A stretch of DNA of 54,592 bases, taken from positions 1 through 54,592 of the forward strand of contig JBAZPF010000001.1 in NCBI GenBank assembly GCA_041648295.1, in the 5' to 3' direction. This DNA is from Candidatus Margulisiibacteriota bacterium (GTDB lineage Bacteria; Margulisbacteria; WOR-1; XYC2-FULL-46-14; WPAF01). Made by a program: the position numbers and the translations under genes. The notes below the pieces were generated by a model. That model had not been told where the DNA came from and did not search any database. It worked only from the letters and a program-made list of their open reading frames with translations. Shown piece after piece: positions 46,618 through 54,592 of the stretch (its first letter is position 1; every line of letters begins with the position of its first letter).

Positions 46618-47642
46618 AGTTTATTTCCGGCTGCCGGGCAATCGCACAGGGAGCGCTGGACGCCGGCGTCAGGTTCTATGCCGCCTGTCCCAATGATCCG
46701 GTCTCGGAACTTGCGGAAACTATGGCTTTGGAACTTCCAAAGCTGGGAGGAAAATTCATCCAGATGGAAGACGAATCAGCCGCCCTGGCCGCCGCCATTG
46801 GAGCGTCTTCAGTAGGATCAAAAGCTTTGGTCGCGACTTCGAGCCCCGGGTTCACTCTGCTTCAGGAACATATCAGCTATGCCGGATTAAACGAAGTGCC
46901 AGTCGTTATTGTAAACGCGATGCAATATGGGCCCTCGACCGGTTTATCGAGCATTCCCATGCAGCAGGAGGTTTTCCAGTCAAGATTTGGGGCCAACGGC
47001 GATTATCCGGTTGCCGTATTGACTCCTTCCTCCCCAAAAGAAGCATATGATATGACCGTATATGCTTTTAACCTTTCCGAAAGCCACCGCATCCCGGTGG
47101 TTATATTGATAGACCAGATGATCGCAACGATGAAGGAAACATTCGATTTTCGTGAAAATCCCAGACTTTTGACCAGGATCCCTCCCCGCCATCACTTTTT
47201 GCTCACCGGCCTGCCCTCTGATCTCGAAGGATTCCCAACTTACGATCCAAGGGAAATAAAACAGCAGCAGCAGCGGCTTTTCCAGAAATATTTAAGCATT
47301 GAACGGATGTACAGCAAATTTGAACTTGAGGACGCAAATGTGGCGGTCATCGCTTACGGCACCACTTCGCGTGCCGCCCGGGCGGCGGTCAAAATGGCCA
47401 GAGGAAAAAAACATAAGGCCGGATTTTTCAAATTGATGACGCTTTGGCCTTTTCCCCGCGAAGAATTGATCCGGCTTTCAAAAAAGGTAAAACGCATGAT
47501 AATTGCCGAAACCTGTACTTCGGAACAGCTGGCAAATATCATTAAATCTTGCTGTTTGGGCGAATGCAATTATACACTAGTCAAAAGATTTGACGGCAAT
47601 CTGCTTACGCCAAAGGAGATATATGATGGAATTACAGCCTAA
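46614..47642 (+). CDS. 2-oxoacid:ferredoxin oxidoreductase alpha subunit (divergent)
   Basis: FIQMEDESAALAAAIGAS..G..A..ATSSPGF.L and GPSTG motifs. ATGA overlap with the delta subunit. Confidence 0.8.
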   Translation: MKFISGCRAIAQGALDAGVRFYAACPNDPVSELAETMALELPKLGGKFIQMEDESAALAAAIGASSVGSKALVATSSPGFTLLQEHISYAGLNEVPVVIVNAMQYGPSTGLSSIPMQQEVFQSRFGANGDYPVAVLTPSSPKEAYDMTVYAFNLSESHRIPVVILIDQMIATMKETFDFRENPRLLTRIPPRHHFLLTGLPSDLEGFPTYDPREIKQQQQRLFQKYLSIERMYSKFELEDANVAVIAYGTTSRAARAAVKMARGKKHKAGFFKLMTLWPFPREELIRLSKKVKRMIIAETCTSEQLANIIKSCCLGECNYTLVKRFDGNLLTPKEIYDGITA

Positions 47643-48402
47643 TCCCGTCATCCAGAGATATTTAAGGACCGGCAAAAAGCATCCGGTATTTTTTTGTCCC
47701 GGCTGTCAGGTCGGTATTATCATGGGCGCTCTGATCCGCGGCATCAACGAATGCAATCTCCAAAAGGACGAAATTTTTCTGGTTTCCGGCGTCGGCTGCT
47801 CCGGCCGCATGCCGGTTTATCTGGACCTGTGCTCCATCCAGGCAACGCGCGGGCGGGCCCTGGCTTTTGCGACCGGAGTAAAGATGGCAAAACCTCATCT
47901 TAAAGTGATCGCCGTGATCGGCGATGGAGAAGCGGTTTCCGTCGGCACATCGCACCTGGTGCAGGCCGCAAGAAGAAATATAGACTTGACCGTGGTCGTC
48001 ATAAATAATTTCATGCATGCCATGACCGGCGGCCAGCCGTCGCCTACCACCCCGCATAAAACAATTGCGCCGCTGGCTCCCTACGGCAATGTTGAGCATC
48101 CTCTCGATATTTGCGATTTTGCGGTTTGCTCCGGGGCGACTTTTGTCGGCCGCCAGACGGCTTACCATGCCGAAAATCTGGCGGAGCTTTTGGCTCAAGC
48201 GATAAAGCACAATGGGTTTTCACTGGTTGAAGCGACCTCTCTGTGCCACATGAAACCGGAAAGAAAATCGCCGGTAGACGCGCTTTTATGGCTCAAGGAA
48301 AAAGCAGCAAAAGGGGAAATAATCACGGGTATTTTTAAAAATACGGCGAAACCGGAACTGACGGGGGAATATGAAAAAATCATCAAAGCAAATAGAAGTT
48401 AA
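47623..48402 (+). CDS. 2-oxoacid:ferredoxin oxidoreductase beta (TPP-binding) subunit
   Basis: FCPGCQ, GVGCSG, IGDGE...G and NN..HAMTGGQPSPTTP motifs. Start placed at ATG 47623, behind AAGGAG. Confidence 0.82.
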   Translation: MMELQPNPVIQRYLRTGKKHPVFFCPGCQVGIIMGALIRGINECNLQKDEIFLVSGVGCSGRMPVYLDLCSIQATRGRALAFATGVKMAKPHLKVIAVIGDGEAVSVGTSHLVQAARRNIDLTVVVINNFMHAMTGGQPSPTTPHKTIAPLAPYGNVEHPLDICDFAVCSGATFVGRQTAYHAENLAELLAQAIKHNGFSLVEATSLCHMKPERKSPVDALLWLKEKAAKGEIITGIFKNTAKPELTGEYEKIIKANRS

Positions 48403-48907
48403 GTTCGCGGGTACGGGCTGCCAGAAGATCGATCTGATCGCAAACATCCTGGCGGAGGCGGCTTTTGCGCAAAAATATAAAGTGGTCATGACTTTAAAAC
48501 ATGAAAAAGAAGTCCGCTGCGGGCTGTGCAGCGCAGAGGTTATAATATCGGACAACGAGATCGATTTCCCAAAATGCGAGAATCTTGACGTCCTGGTGGC
48601 GCTTTCACAGGAGGGCTATGACGCTTCTCTGGACGATATAAAAAAAGATACGATACAAATAATCGATTCTCTTCACGTAGTCAAAATCGGCAAGATGTTT
48701 AATCTTAGCATCCTGCCTTTGACCCATATATCTTACAGAAAGACAAAAACGGAAGAATATGCGAATTTCGTGGCTTTGGGGATTGCGATAAAAAAGCTTA
48801 AAGTCATAAAAGACCGGCTGATCATAAACCTGATTAAGGAGAAACTGCCCAGGAATAAAGCGGATCTTGCCGTAAAATCATTTAAAGAAGGGATGAAATT
48901 GTCCTAG
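48371..48907 (+). CDS. 2-oxoacid:ferredoxin oxidoreductase gamma subunit (degenerate)
   Basis: Position and size fit. The usual G.GGQG loop reads GTGCQK. The DVLVALSQEGY segment resembles the D.L.A....A motif. Confidence 0.6.
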   Translation: MKKSSKQIEVKFAGTGCQKIDLIANILAEAAFAQKYKVVMTLKHEKEVRCGLCSAEVIISDNEIDFPKCENLDVLVALSQEGYDASLDDIKKDTIQIIDSLHVVKIGKMFNLSILPLTHISYRKTKTEEYANFVALGIAIKKLKVIKDRLIINLIKEKLPRNKADLAVKSFKEGMKLS

Positions 48908-49923
48908 CTCCTGATCCCCGCATCCGCCCCGCAATAACTGCAGAATGTCTTATCTTTTAAACCAATGATCTTGGTCTGGTAACCTGCCCGCTCGATCAAA
49001 AGCTTTTTGCAATTGTGGCAGTAAGTATTTCCCCATTTATTTCCCGGGACATTGCCGATATAAACATAGTGGAGGCCTTCTTCCAATCCAATCTTCCTGG
49101 CTTTTTCAAGGGTTTCGACCGGCGTGGGATACAAATGCGCGTATTCAAGATACGGGATAAATTTGGTGACATGCCAGGGCGTTTCCGGCCCAAGATCTTT
49201 AACGATCCATTTTGCAATGCCTCTTAATTGATCCTCATCATCGTTCATGGTCGGAATTATATTTGTAATGCATTCGACATGCATGTTCCATTTCTTTTTT
49301 GCGTAAACAGAAGCTTTTAGTATCGGCTCAAAATCGGGCACCTTTGCCAGTTTTTTGTAAAATTCATTCGTGAACCCCTTTATGTCGACCCTAAACGCAT
49401 CAAGATATGGTCCGATCAAATCGATTGCCGGAAAATTAACATATCCATTTGTAACCCAAACCGTGTAAAGGCCCGATTTTTTTGCCAGTTTTGCGCCATC
49501 CAAAGAATATTCAAGCCATATGGAAGGCTCATTGTAAGTCCAGGCAATTCCCGCCGATCCTTCCCTCTTCGCCATCTCGATCAACATTTCGGGAGAAACC
49601 AGTTCCTCTTCATGTTTTTGCTTAGCGTAAACCATATGCGCTATCTGCCAGTTCTGGCAGTGGCCGCAGCGCATGTTACAGCCGAACGTGCCGGCGGATA
49701 AAACATTCGTTCCCGGATAAAAATGGAAAAGCGGTTTTTTTTCGATCGGATCATTTGCGATCGAAGAAATGACTCCATAGATCAATGAATAGAGCTTGCC
49801 CTCTCTATTTTCCCTCACCCCGCAGTACCCCACCCCGCCGGACGCGATATGGCAATCACGGGGGCAAAGAAGACAATGCACCTTATTGTTTTCCAGCTTT
49901 TCCCAGAGCATAGCTTCTTTCAT
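48904..49923 (-). CDS. amrS: AmmeMemoRadiSam-system radical SAM enzyme (PFL-activase-like)
   Basis: N-terminal CLLCPRDC...GYCGVR, DPIEKKPLFHF, the radical-SAM cluster CNMRCGHCQNW, and C-terminal CHNC...CSYCG. Confidence 0.85.
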   Translation of the reverse strand: MKEAMLWEKLENNKVHCLLCPRDCHIASGGVGYCGVRENREGKLYSLIYGVISSIANDPIEKKPLFHFYPGTNVLSAGTFGCNMRCGHCQNWQIAHMVYAKQKHEEELVSPEMLIEMAKREGSAGIAWTYNEPSIWLEYSLDGAKLAKKSGLYTVWVTNGYVNFPAIDLIGPYLDAFRVDIKGFTNEFYKKLAKVPDFEPILKASVYAKKKWNMHVECITNIIPTMNDDEDQLRGIAKWIVKDLGPETPWHVTKFIPYLEYAHLYPTPVETLEKARKIGLEEGLHYVYIGNVPGNKWGNTYCHNCKKLLIERAGYQTKIIGLKDKTFCSYCGADAGIRS

Positions 49924-49932
49924 ATCAAGCGC

Positions 49933-49941
49933 ATTTTAACA
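49933..49941 (-). promoter_or_regulatory. Extended -10 of amrS
   Basis: Minus strand: TGtTAAAAT, then 9 nt to ATG 49923. Confidence 0.4.
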
Positions 49942-49998
49942 CACCGTTATTTTGACTTGAAGCGAAATTTCTTAAATTCCCCTTCGATAAAGAAATAT

Positions 49999-51069
49999 AT
50001 GAAAACAGCCGATTTTTCTTGGGCCGCCATAAGCAGGCCTGCCGCATTCAAACTTCTAAGGCCTAATCCGCGCCTGTTGAAACAGGCCATGCCGGCTCCT
50101 TCCGGCAATCTTCAGGCAAGAATGAATGAGTTTTTCCATGAACAAGTCTCTGAAGCTCGTTTTATGATCACCGGCAGACAGCAGGGTTTGAGAACTCTTG
50201 TTTTTGGCCCCAATCGTTTTGATGATTTTCCTCTTGTCGATTTCCTTAAAACCGGATATGTATTTGGCGTCGACATAAATTTGACGGCTATGTCGGAAGC
50301 GAAAAACGCTCTGCCTTCCGATTTAAGAAAAAAGCTTGCCCCTTTAAATCTTGACGCCTCGCTGTTTGCCAACCGAATAATTAACTCCGCTTCCGGTATC
50401 GTAGAAAAGTATCCCGAATTGACCCCTGGTCTTCTTGACGATCTGATTGAAACGTTAAAGGCCATCAAGGCTGAGGGAAATCTGCCTTTTAACGACAACA
50501 GCATGGATATGGCGGTTTCGATAAGCTGCATTGGTCAATTTCTGGCCTTTGCGTATAATTCGGTATTGAGCATGCTTCAGGAACGATATGGTCAACCGGC
50601 CGTATTCCGGTTATTGTCGGGAATCGTTCGAGAAAAAAAGGAAGTAAGGAACACGTCATTGAACCGGGTCATGAACGTATTGTTCCGGCGGATCGCGACC
50701 TCTCACTTAAAAGAAACGGCAAGGATCGTCCGCCCGGGAGGCGTAATTTTTGTTTCTGATCATTTTTTTAAATTCAATTCAACCACTTTCAGACCGGAAG
50801 ACCTGTATCCCGCGGACCTGCAATGCATGAGCGACATTTATCTTGAAACCGATTTGCCGCAGCTAGAAGTTAAAATAGGCGAGCAGGCCGAAGGGATCGC
50901 AGGAATTTCCGGGAGGGACAGTCTGGAGGCCGCGCTGGAAACGGCCGGGAACCTGGAAATTTTAGAAAGCTTCTATGCCTGGAATGTTAATTTCGCGGGA
51001 AACGCCATGCTTGGAGTTCCCGGAGAATATTTTCTGGATGCGGCAATGATCTTAAGCCCGGAGAAATAA
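49999..51069 (+). CDS. Hypothetical protein with a methyltransferase-like fold and a degenerate SAM loop
   Basis: TLVFGPNRF sits in place of motif I, followed by GVDIN and RPGGVIFVSD. Start chosen at ATG 49999, because the track start at 49849 is antisense inside amrS. Weak assignment. Confidence 0.45.
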   Translation: MKTADFSWAAISRPAAFKLLRPNPRLLKQAMPAPSGNLQARMNEFFHEQVSEARFMITGRQQGLRTLVFGPNRFDDFPLVDFLKTGYVFGVDINLTAMSEAKNALPSDLRKKLAPLNLDASLFANRIINSASGIVEKYPELTPGLLDDLIETLKAIKAEGNLPFNDNSMDMAVSISCIGQFLAFAYNSVLSMLQERYGQPAVFRLLSGIVREKKEVRNTSLNRVMNVLFRRIATSHLKETARIVRPGGVIFVSDHFFKFNSTTFRPEDLYPADLQCMSDIYLETDLPQLEVKIGEQAEGIAGISGRDSLEAALETAGNLEILESFYAWNVNFAGNAMLGVPGEYFLDAAMILSPEK

Positions 51070-52488
51070 TTACCCCTTAACCACTCCCATCGGCCGCATC
51101 CTTGCCACCTTTCTAGCCAGACCGGCATTATGAACCACATCCACGACTTCGCGGACATCTTTATAAGCTTCGGGAGCTTCTTCTACTAATCCCTTTCTGC
51201 TCGCAGCCATCACGATGATCCCTTTCTTTTCAAGATCGGCTAAAAGTTCGTTCACGGTAAACTTTCTGGTCGCCGCCGAACGGCTCATCATCCGCCCCGC
51301 CCCATGGCACACCGATCCCCAGGTCTCCTTCATGGCCTGATCCGTCCCGACTAAAATATAAGAATATCGTCCCATATCCCCGGGAACTAGGACCGGCTGC
51401 CCGGGAAAAGCGCGCGTCGCCCCTTTACGATGAACACAAAGCAGCTTTTCTTTTCCGTTAACCAGATGCTTCTCCATCTTCGCGATGTTATGAGCGACAT
51501 CGTAGATCAGGGATATTCCAAGCTTTGACGCTGATGCCCCCATGGCTTGAGCAAATGACTCGCAGGTCCAGTGCATCAGCATCTGCCGGTTGGCCCAGGC
51601 AAAGTTCGCCGCCGCCGCCATCGCCGAAAAATATCTTTTACCTTCGGGAGAATTGATCGGCGCACAGCAAAGCTGGCGGTCGGGCAAAGCAATATTATAT
51701 TTTCGCGCCGCCTCATTCATCACCCTTATAAAATCTGTACAGACCTGATGCCCAAGCCCGCGCGAGCCTGAATGCACCATGATAGTGATCTGGTCTTTGA
51801 ACAGGCCGAAAGCGGCCGCTACTTTTTCGTCATAGATCTCTTCGACCATCTGGACCTCGAGAAAATGATTGCCGGAGCCCAGCGTTCCCTGCTGGCTGGT
51901 CCCCCGCTCCTTAGCGTGTGAAGAAACCGCGGAAGGATCGGCGCCGGCCATCGCGCCGTGTTCTTCCGTATGTTCAAGATCGTCAGGCGTTCCGTAACCG
52001 TGCGAGACCGCCCATTTCGACCCGTTTATCAAAAGGTTATCAAGATCTTTTGAAGAAAGCGACAGCGGCCCTTCCGATCCTACGCCCGAAGGAACATTTC
52101 TCGCCAGTTGAGCGGTTATTTCTTTTATTTTCGGCTGGACCTCTTTAACGGTAAGATCGGTGCGCAGAACCCGGACGCCGCAGTTTATGTCATACCCGAC
52201 CCCGCCGGGAGAAATTATTCCGCCCGCCTCCGGGTCAAATGCCGCCACTCCGCCGATCGGAAAACCGTAACCTAAATGTATATCGGGCATGGCGAGCGAA
52301 TTGCCGACAATTCCGGGAAGACAGGCTACATTTGCGGCCTGGACATGCGCGTTCTCGGAAATAATGTGCTGGATCATCTCTTCATCGGAATAAATAACAA
52401 CGTCGGTTCGCATTCCTTCTTTGAATGTTCTGGGGATCAGAAAGCGGTAATCATCTAGCTTCCGGCATATTTCCCGCCAGGTGGACAT
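51070..52488 (-). CDS. rtcB: RNA 3'-phosphate/5'-OH ligase RtcB
   Basis: MPD.H.GYGFPIGGV, GGVGYDINCGVR, GSGNHF.E, HSGSRGLGHQ, CHGAGR. Confidence 0.95.
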   Translation of the reverse strand: MSTWREICRKLDDYRFLIPRTFKEGMRTDVVIYSDEEMIQHIISENAHVQAANVACLPGIVGNSLAMPDIHLGYGFPIGGVAAFDPEAGGIISPGGVGYDINCGVRVLRTDLTVKEVQPKIKEITAQLARNVPSGVGSEGPLSLSSKDLDNLLINGSKWAVSHGYGTPDDLEHTEEHGAMAGADPSAVSSHAKERGTSQQGTLGSGNHFLEVQMVEEIYDEKVAAAFGLFKDQITIMVHSGSRGLGHQVCTDFIRVMNEAARKYNIALPDRQLCCAPINSPEGKRYFSAMAAAANFAWANRQMLMHWTCESFAQAMGASASKLGISLIYDVAHNIAKMEKHLVNGKEKLLCVHRKGATRAFPGQPVLVPGDMGRYSYILVGTDQAMKETWGSVCHGAGRMMSRSAATRKFTVNELLADLEKKGIIVMAASRKGLVEEAPEAYKDVREVVDVVHNAGLARKVARMRPMGVVKG

Positions 52489-52494
52489 GGAGAT

Positions 52495-52503
52495 ATTCTA
52501 TCA
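52495..52503 (-). promoter_or_regulatory. Extended -10 of rtcB
   Basis: Minus strand: TGaTAGAAT, then 6 nt to ATG 52488, inside the 19-nt gap after the upstream gene's stop. Confidence 0.45.
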
Positions 52504-52507
52504 CAGA

Positions 52508-54592
52508 TTAATTGGGGGCCGCGTAAAAATATAATTGATCCGAGCCGCCGGCATCAATGCCTTTTGCATATCCTATTTTTAATACCATAGGCACATAGCC
52601 ATAGCCGTTGATCGTATTGAGCGCGAGCTCCGCGCCTATGCTTCTGACCAGCGATAACGAACCGACGGTTCCCGAAGTCACTCCTCCAAATTCAAAGAAA
52701 AAATTCCCCCAGAACCGGTCAAAAAATGTCAGTCCGTATCCGGTCCCCGTTTCTAATATTGATAACGGGAAGTCGTACTCAATAGTTTCTTTAACCAGTT
52801 TGGTGCCCGTCAAAGATGAATATCCTCTTATTCCCAAGTTCCCTGAAGTGAACCCTCCCTGCGCAATTTTTTCTCCTTTGTAAACTGCGGCAACGGCTTT
52901 TGATGCCAGGACATGATGGGAAAACAAGGCCAGATAATTGCTTAATGAAAAAGAATAATAGTTAAAGTTATAATCGCCGCCCAGATCTTTGGAATAAAGG
53001 GTCCCTTTGAGTTGAACATCTATGCCGTCCTCGGGAGCGATCGAGTTTCCATAGCTTCTCAAGCTGTAATATCTCCAGGCGAGCAGCGCCCCGTTGATAT
53101 TCCCGCGGCTCGGCTGAACGGACAATATTTCAAGGCTTGAAATATTGTTCAAGTTCTCAAAGGAATAACCGACCGTGAAGACTTGCTTATCATACTCGTG
53201 AAAAACACGATTATTAAAGAATGAAAAATATACTCCACCCCCCTTGTCCCTTTCCCAGTAAGTATGCGCGCCGTTATCCCAATTACGAGGGACCGCCGCA
53301 TCATAACCGGTGACCGATATCTGCGGCAGGAACTGGTTATCGATATAATTAAAAATATAGGTGGGGCGATGCACGTTCCAATCATACCCAAGCTGGGCCT
53401 CCGCGTAATGCTGGTTCAGCGAATCCATAGCGGCAGTATAAATCAAAGTATGCGGGCCGTTTTCGTCCGTGTAGGAATATGGCAGCCAGAACTTGGGGAA
53501 GAACGTAGGAAAAGGATTATAATCATGGACCTCCGTTTCAAGCGTTGCCGCTTTTACATTCTTAAAGGCGGGAGAAATGATCCCGGTAAGTTCTTCCTTC
53601 TTTTCAACCGGCTTTTCCGGCAAGGACGGGACCCAGTTATTTGCAATTTCTTTCCAGTTTTTCCGGTCATAATCGATAAGGCCGATATCATAGCCCTTGG
53701 ATGAATAATTAATAAAAGCTATCTTTTTACCGTCCGGAGAAACATCGGGCATAAGCGCCATACCAAGGACGTTGGTCAAACGATAAAGCTTTTTGGTGTT
53801 AAGGTTAAAAGCGTAAATGTTTACGATCCCGGCCGCGTCGGAATCAAAAAGCACATATTCGCCGTCCGGCGAGAATGAAGGATTTGCGGAAAGGCCGTAT
53901 TCAATGAGCTTTGATTCTTTCCCCGTATTAATATCGACCAGATAAATGCTCTGATGCCCGCCGTAGGTCCACTTGGCCACGGCAACATTGGTCCCGTCCG
54001 GAGAAAAAACCGGAGACAGGTATTGCATGTCAGCTTCTAAACTGCCCAGCATTTTCTGGTTATTTAAAGCCTTATCCCACAGCCAGAGCGTCCTTGTCCC
54101 CTGATCATTATTAACATAAACTATTTTTTGCCCGTCGGGAGATACCGCGGGATCGGATGCTCTTAGCCCCTCGGTAAGCCTTACGATCTTTTTGTTTTTT
54201 AAGTCATAAGAATAAAGGTCCTTAAAAGTGTAATAATTTTTATAGGTGTCGCCTTTGGTAAAATATAGCTTTCCGCCGGCAATGCTCAAAGAATCATCAT
54301 AGAAAAAACCTTCCGTTATCTTTTCGTCGTTTAACGTCAGGCTGTTTATCCGCCTGATAGAGGGGTATTCATCTTCATTATTCTGGTTGTAATAGATATG
54401 GTCCGAATCCGGGCCCCATTTCGGTTTAAATATGTTGAATCCCCGGGTGGTCAGCGGTTTTATGTCCGTCAATCCGTCCTTTTCTATTTGAGCTTTCTGC
54501 TGCTGGTATTTATCCTTCATGTCGCTTATCCATTCGTTCCACAGGAACCAAAGATTTTTGCCGTATATAGCCTGAAAGCAGCCTTCGATTCC
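52508..54592 (-). CDS. PD40/TolB-like beta-propeller fused to an Omp85/surface-antigen-like beta-barrel (5' end outside the window)
   Basis: Repeated SPDG(K/Q/T/E).(I/V) PD40 motifs, then a beta-strand-rich aromatic C-terminal half. The frame stays open through 54521-54592 (GIEGCFQAIYGKNLWFLWNEWISD), so the true start is probably beyond the window. Confidence 0.6.
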   Translation of the reverse strand, partial: GIEGCFQAIYGKNLWFLWNEWISDMKDKYQQQKAQIEKDGLTDIKPLTTRGFNIFKPKWGPDSDHIYYNQNNEDEYPSIRRINSLTLNDEKITEGFFYDDSLSIAGGKLYFTKGDTYKNYYTFKDLYSYDLKNKKIVRLTEGLRASDPAVSPDGQKIVYVNNDQGTRTLWLWDKALNNQKMLGSLEADMQYLSPVFSPDGTNVAVAKWTYGGHQSIYLVDINTGKESKLIEYGLSANPSFSPDGEYVLFDSDAAGIVNIYAFNLNTKKLYRLTNVLGMALMPDVSPDGKKIAFINYSSKGYDIGLIDYDRKNWKEIANNWVPSLPEKPVEKKEELTGIISPAFKNVKAATLETEVHDYNPFPTFFPKFWLPYSYTDENGPHTLIYTAAMDSLNQHYAEAQLGYDWNVHRPTYIFNYIDNQFLPQISVTGYDAAVPRNWDNGAHTYWERDKGGGVYFSFFNNRVFHEYDKQVFTVGYSFENLNNISSLEILSVQPSRGNINGALLAWRYYSLRSYGNSIAPEDGIDVQLKGTLYSKDLGGDYNFNYYSFSLSNYLALFSHHVLASKAVAAVYKGEKIAQGGFTSGNLGIRGYSSLTGTKLVKETIEYDFPLSILETGTGYGLTFFDRFWGNFFFEFGGVTSGTVGSLSLVRSIGAELALNTINGYGYVPMVLKIGYAKGIDAGGSDQLYFYAAPN

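Noticed and set aside
1-54592. Search for tRNA, rRNA, tmRNA, CRISPR arrays, IS elements, integrases, phage genes, toxin-antitoxin pairs, reverse transcriptases and recoded stops.
   Set aside because: Every intergenic gap is under 215 nt and none shows cloverleaf-like or rRNA-like sequence. No ORF carries DDE, tyrosine/serine recombinase or RT motifs. All conserved genes are full length under the standard code, so there is no evidence for stop-codon reassignment or frameshifts. This was an eye scan only, and small ncRNAs inside genes could be missed.

Overview
This is a 54.6-kb chromosomal window with about 50 tightly packed CDS. It looks like an uncultivated diderm bacterium: it has LptD-like and Omp85-like outer-membrane proteins and a secreted protein with a T9SS/FlgD-type C-terminal domain. 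Every conserved gene is full length under the standard code. I saw no rRNA, tRNA, CRISPR array, transposase or integrase. All family calls come from motifs read by eye, because no searches could be run.

The backbone is housekeeping:
- purine genes (guaB-family, guaA)
- a long minus-strand block: mltG-ruvX-alaS-tmk-lptD-like-dnaB, then pheT-pheS-trmH-like
- an 11-kb surface-glycan cluster: WbaP-like primer transferase, O-antigen-ligase/TPR fusion, two GT4 enzymes, RmlD, RmlC-like, DUF218, UDP-xylose genes and FemAB
- a methyltransferase / K+ channel / DUF2148 / cysE / cysS / serS block
- DUF362, a DnaQ-like exonuclease, pta, leuA
- a DUF502 / orphan rnfE / four-subunit 2-oxoacid:ferredoxin oxidoreductase operon
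- an AmmeMemoRadiSam-type radical SAM gene, rtcB, and a PD40/Omp85 fusion

Most worth following up:
1. Two AT-rich ORFan genes bracket guaA. One is a divergent radical-SAM protein. The other is a 1094-aa protein with an HExxH...E motif.
2. A 1.1-kb single-gene cassette carrying an archaeal-type AAA ATPase with a DUF234-like wHTH sits in the 3' end of pta. It is flanked by a 66-nt direct repeat and a decayed pta 3' remnant. Next to it is a foreign-looking lipoprotein gene.
3. Sigma70-like -10 (often also -35) elements sit only 4-10 nt upstream of at least 15 start codons, which implies leaderless mRNAs.
4. All six native convergent gene pairs abut or overlap, with no terminator between them.
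5. GATC density separates native from foreign genes.
6. There is a REP-like hairpin family, and a perfect 24-bp palindrome lies just before alaS.
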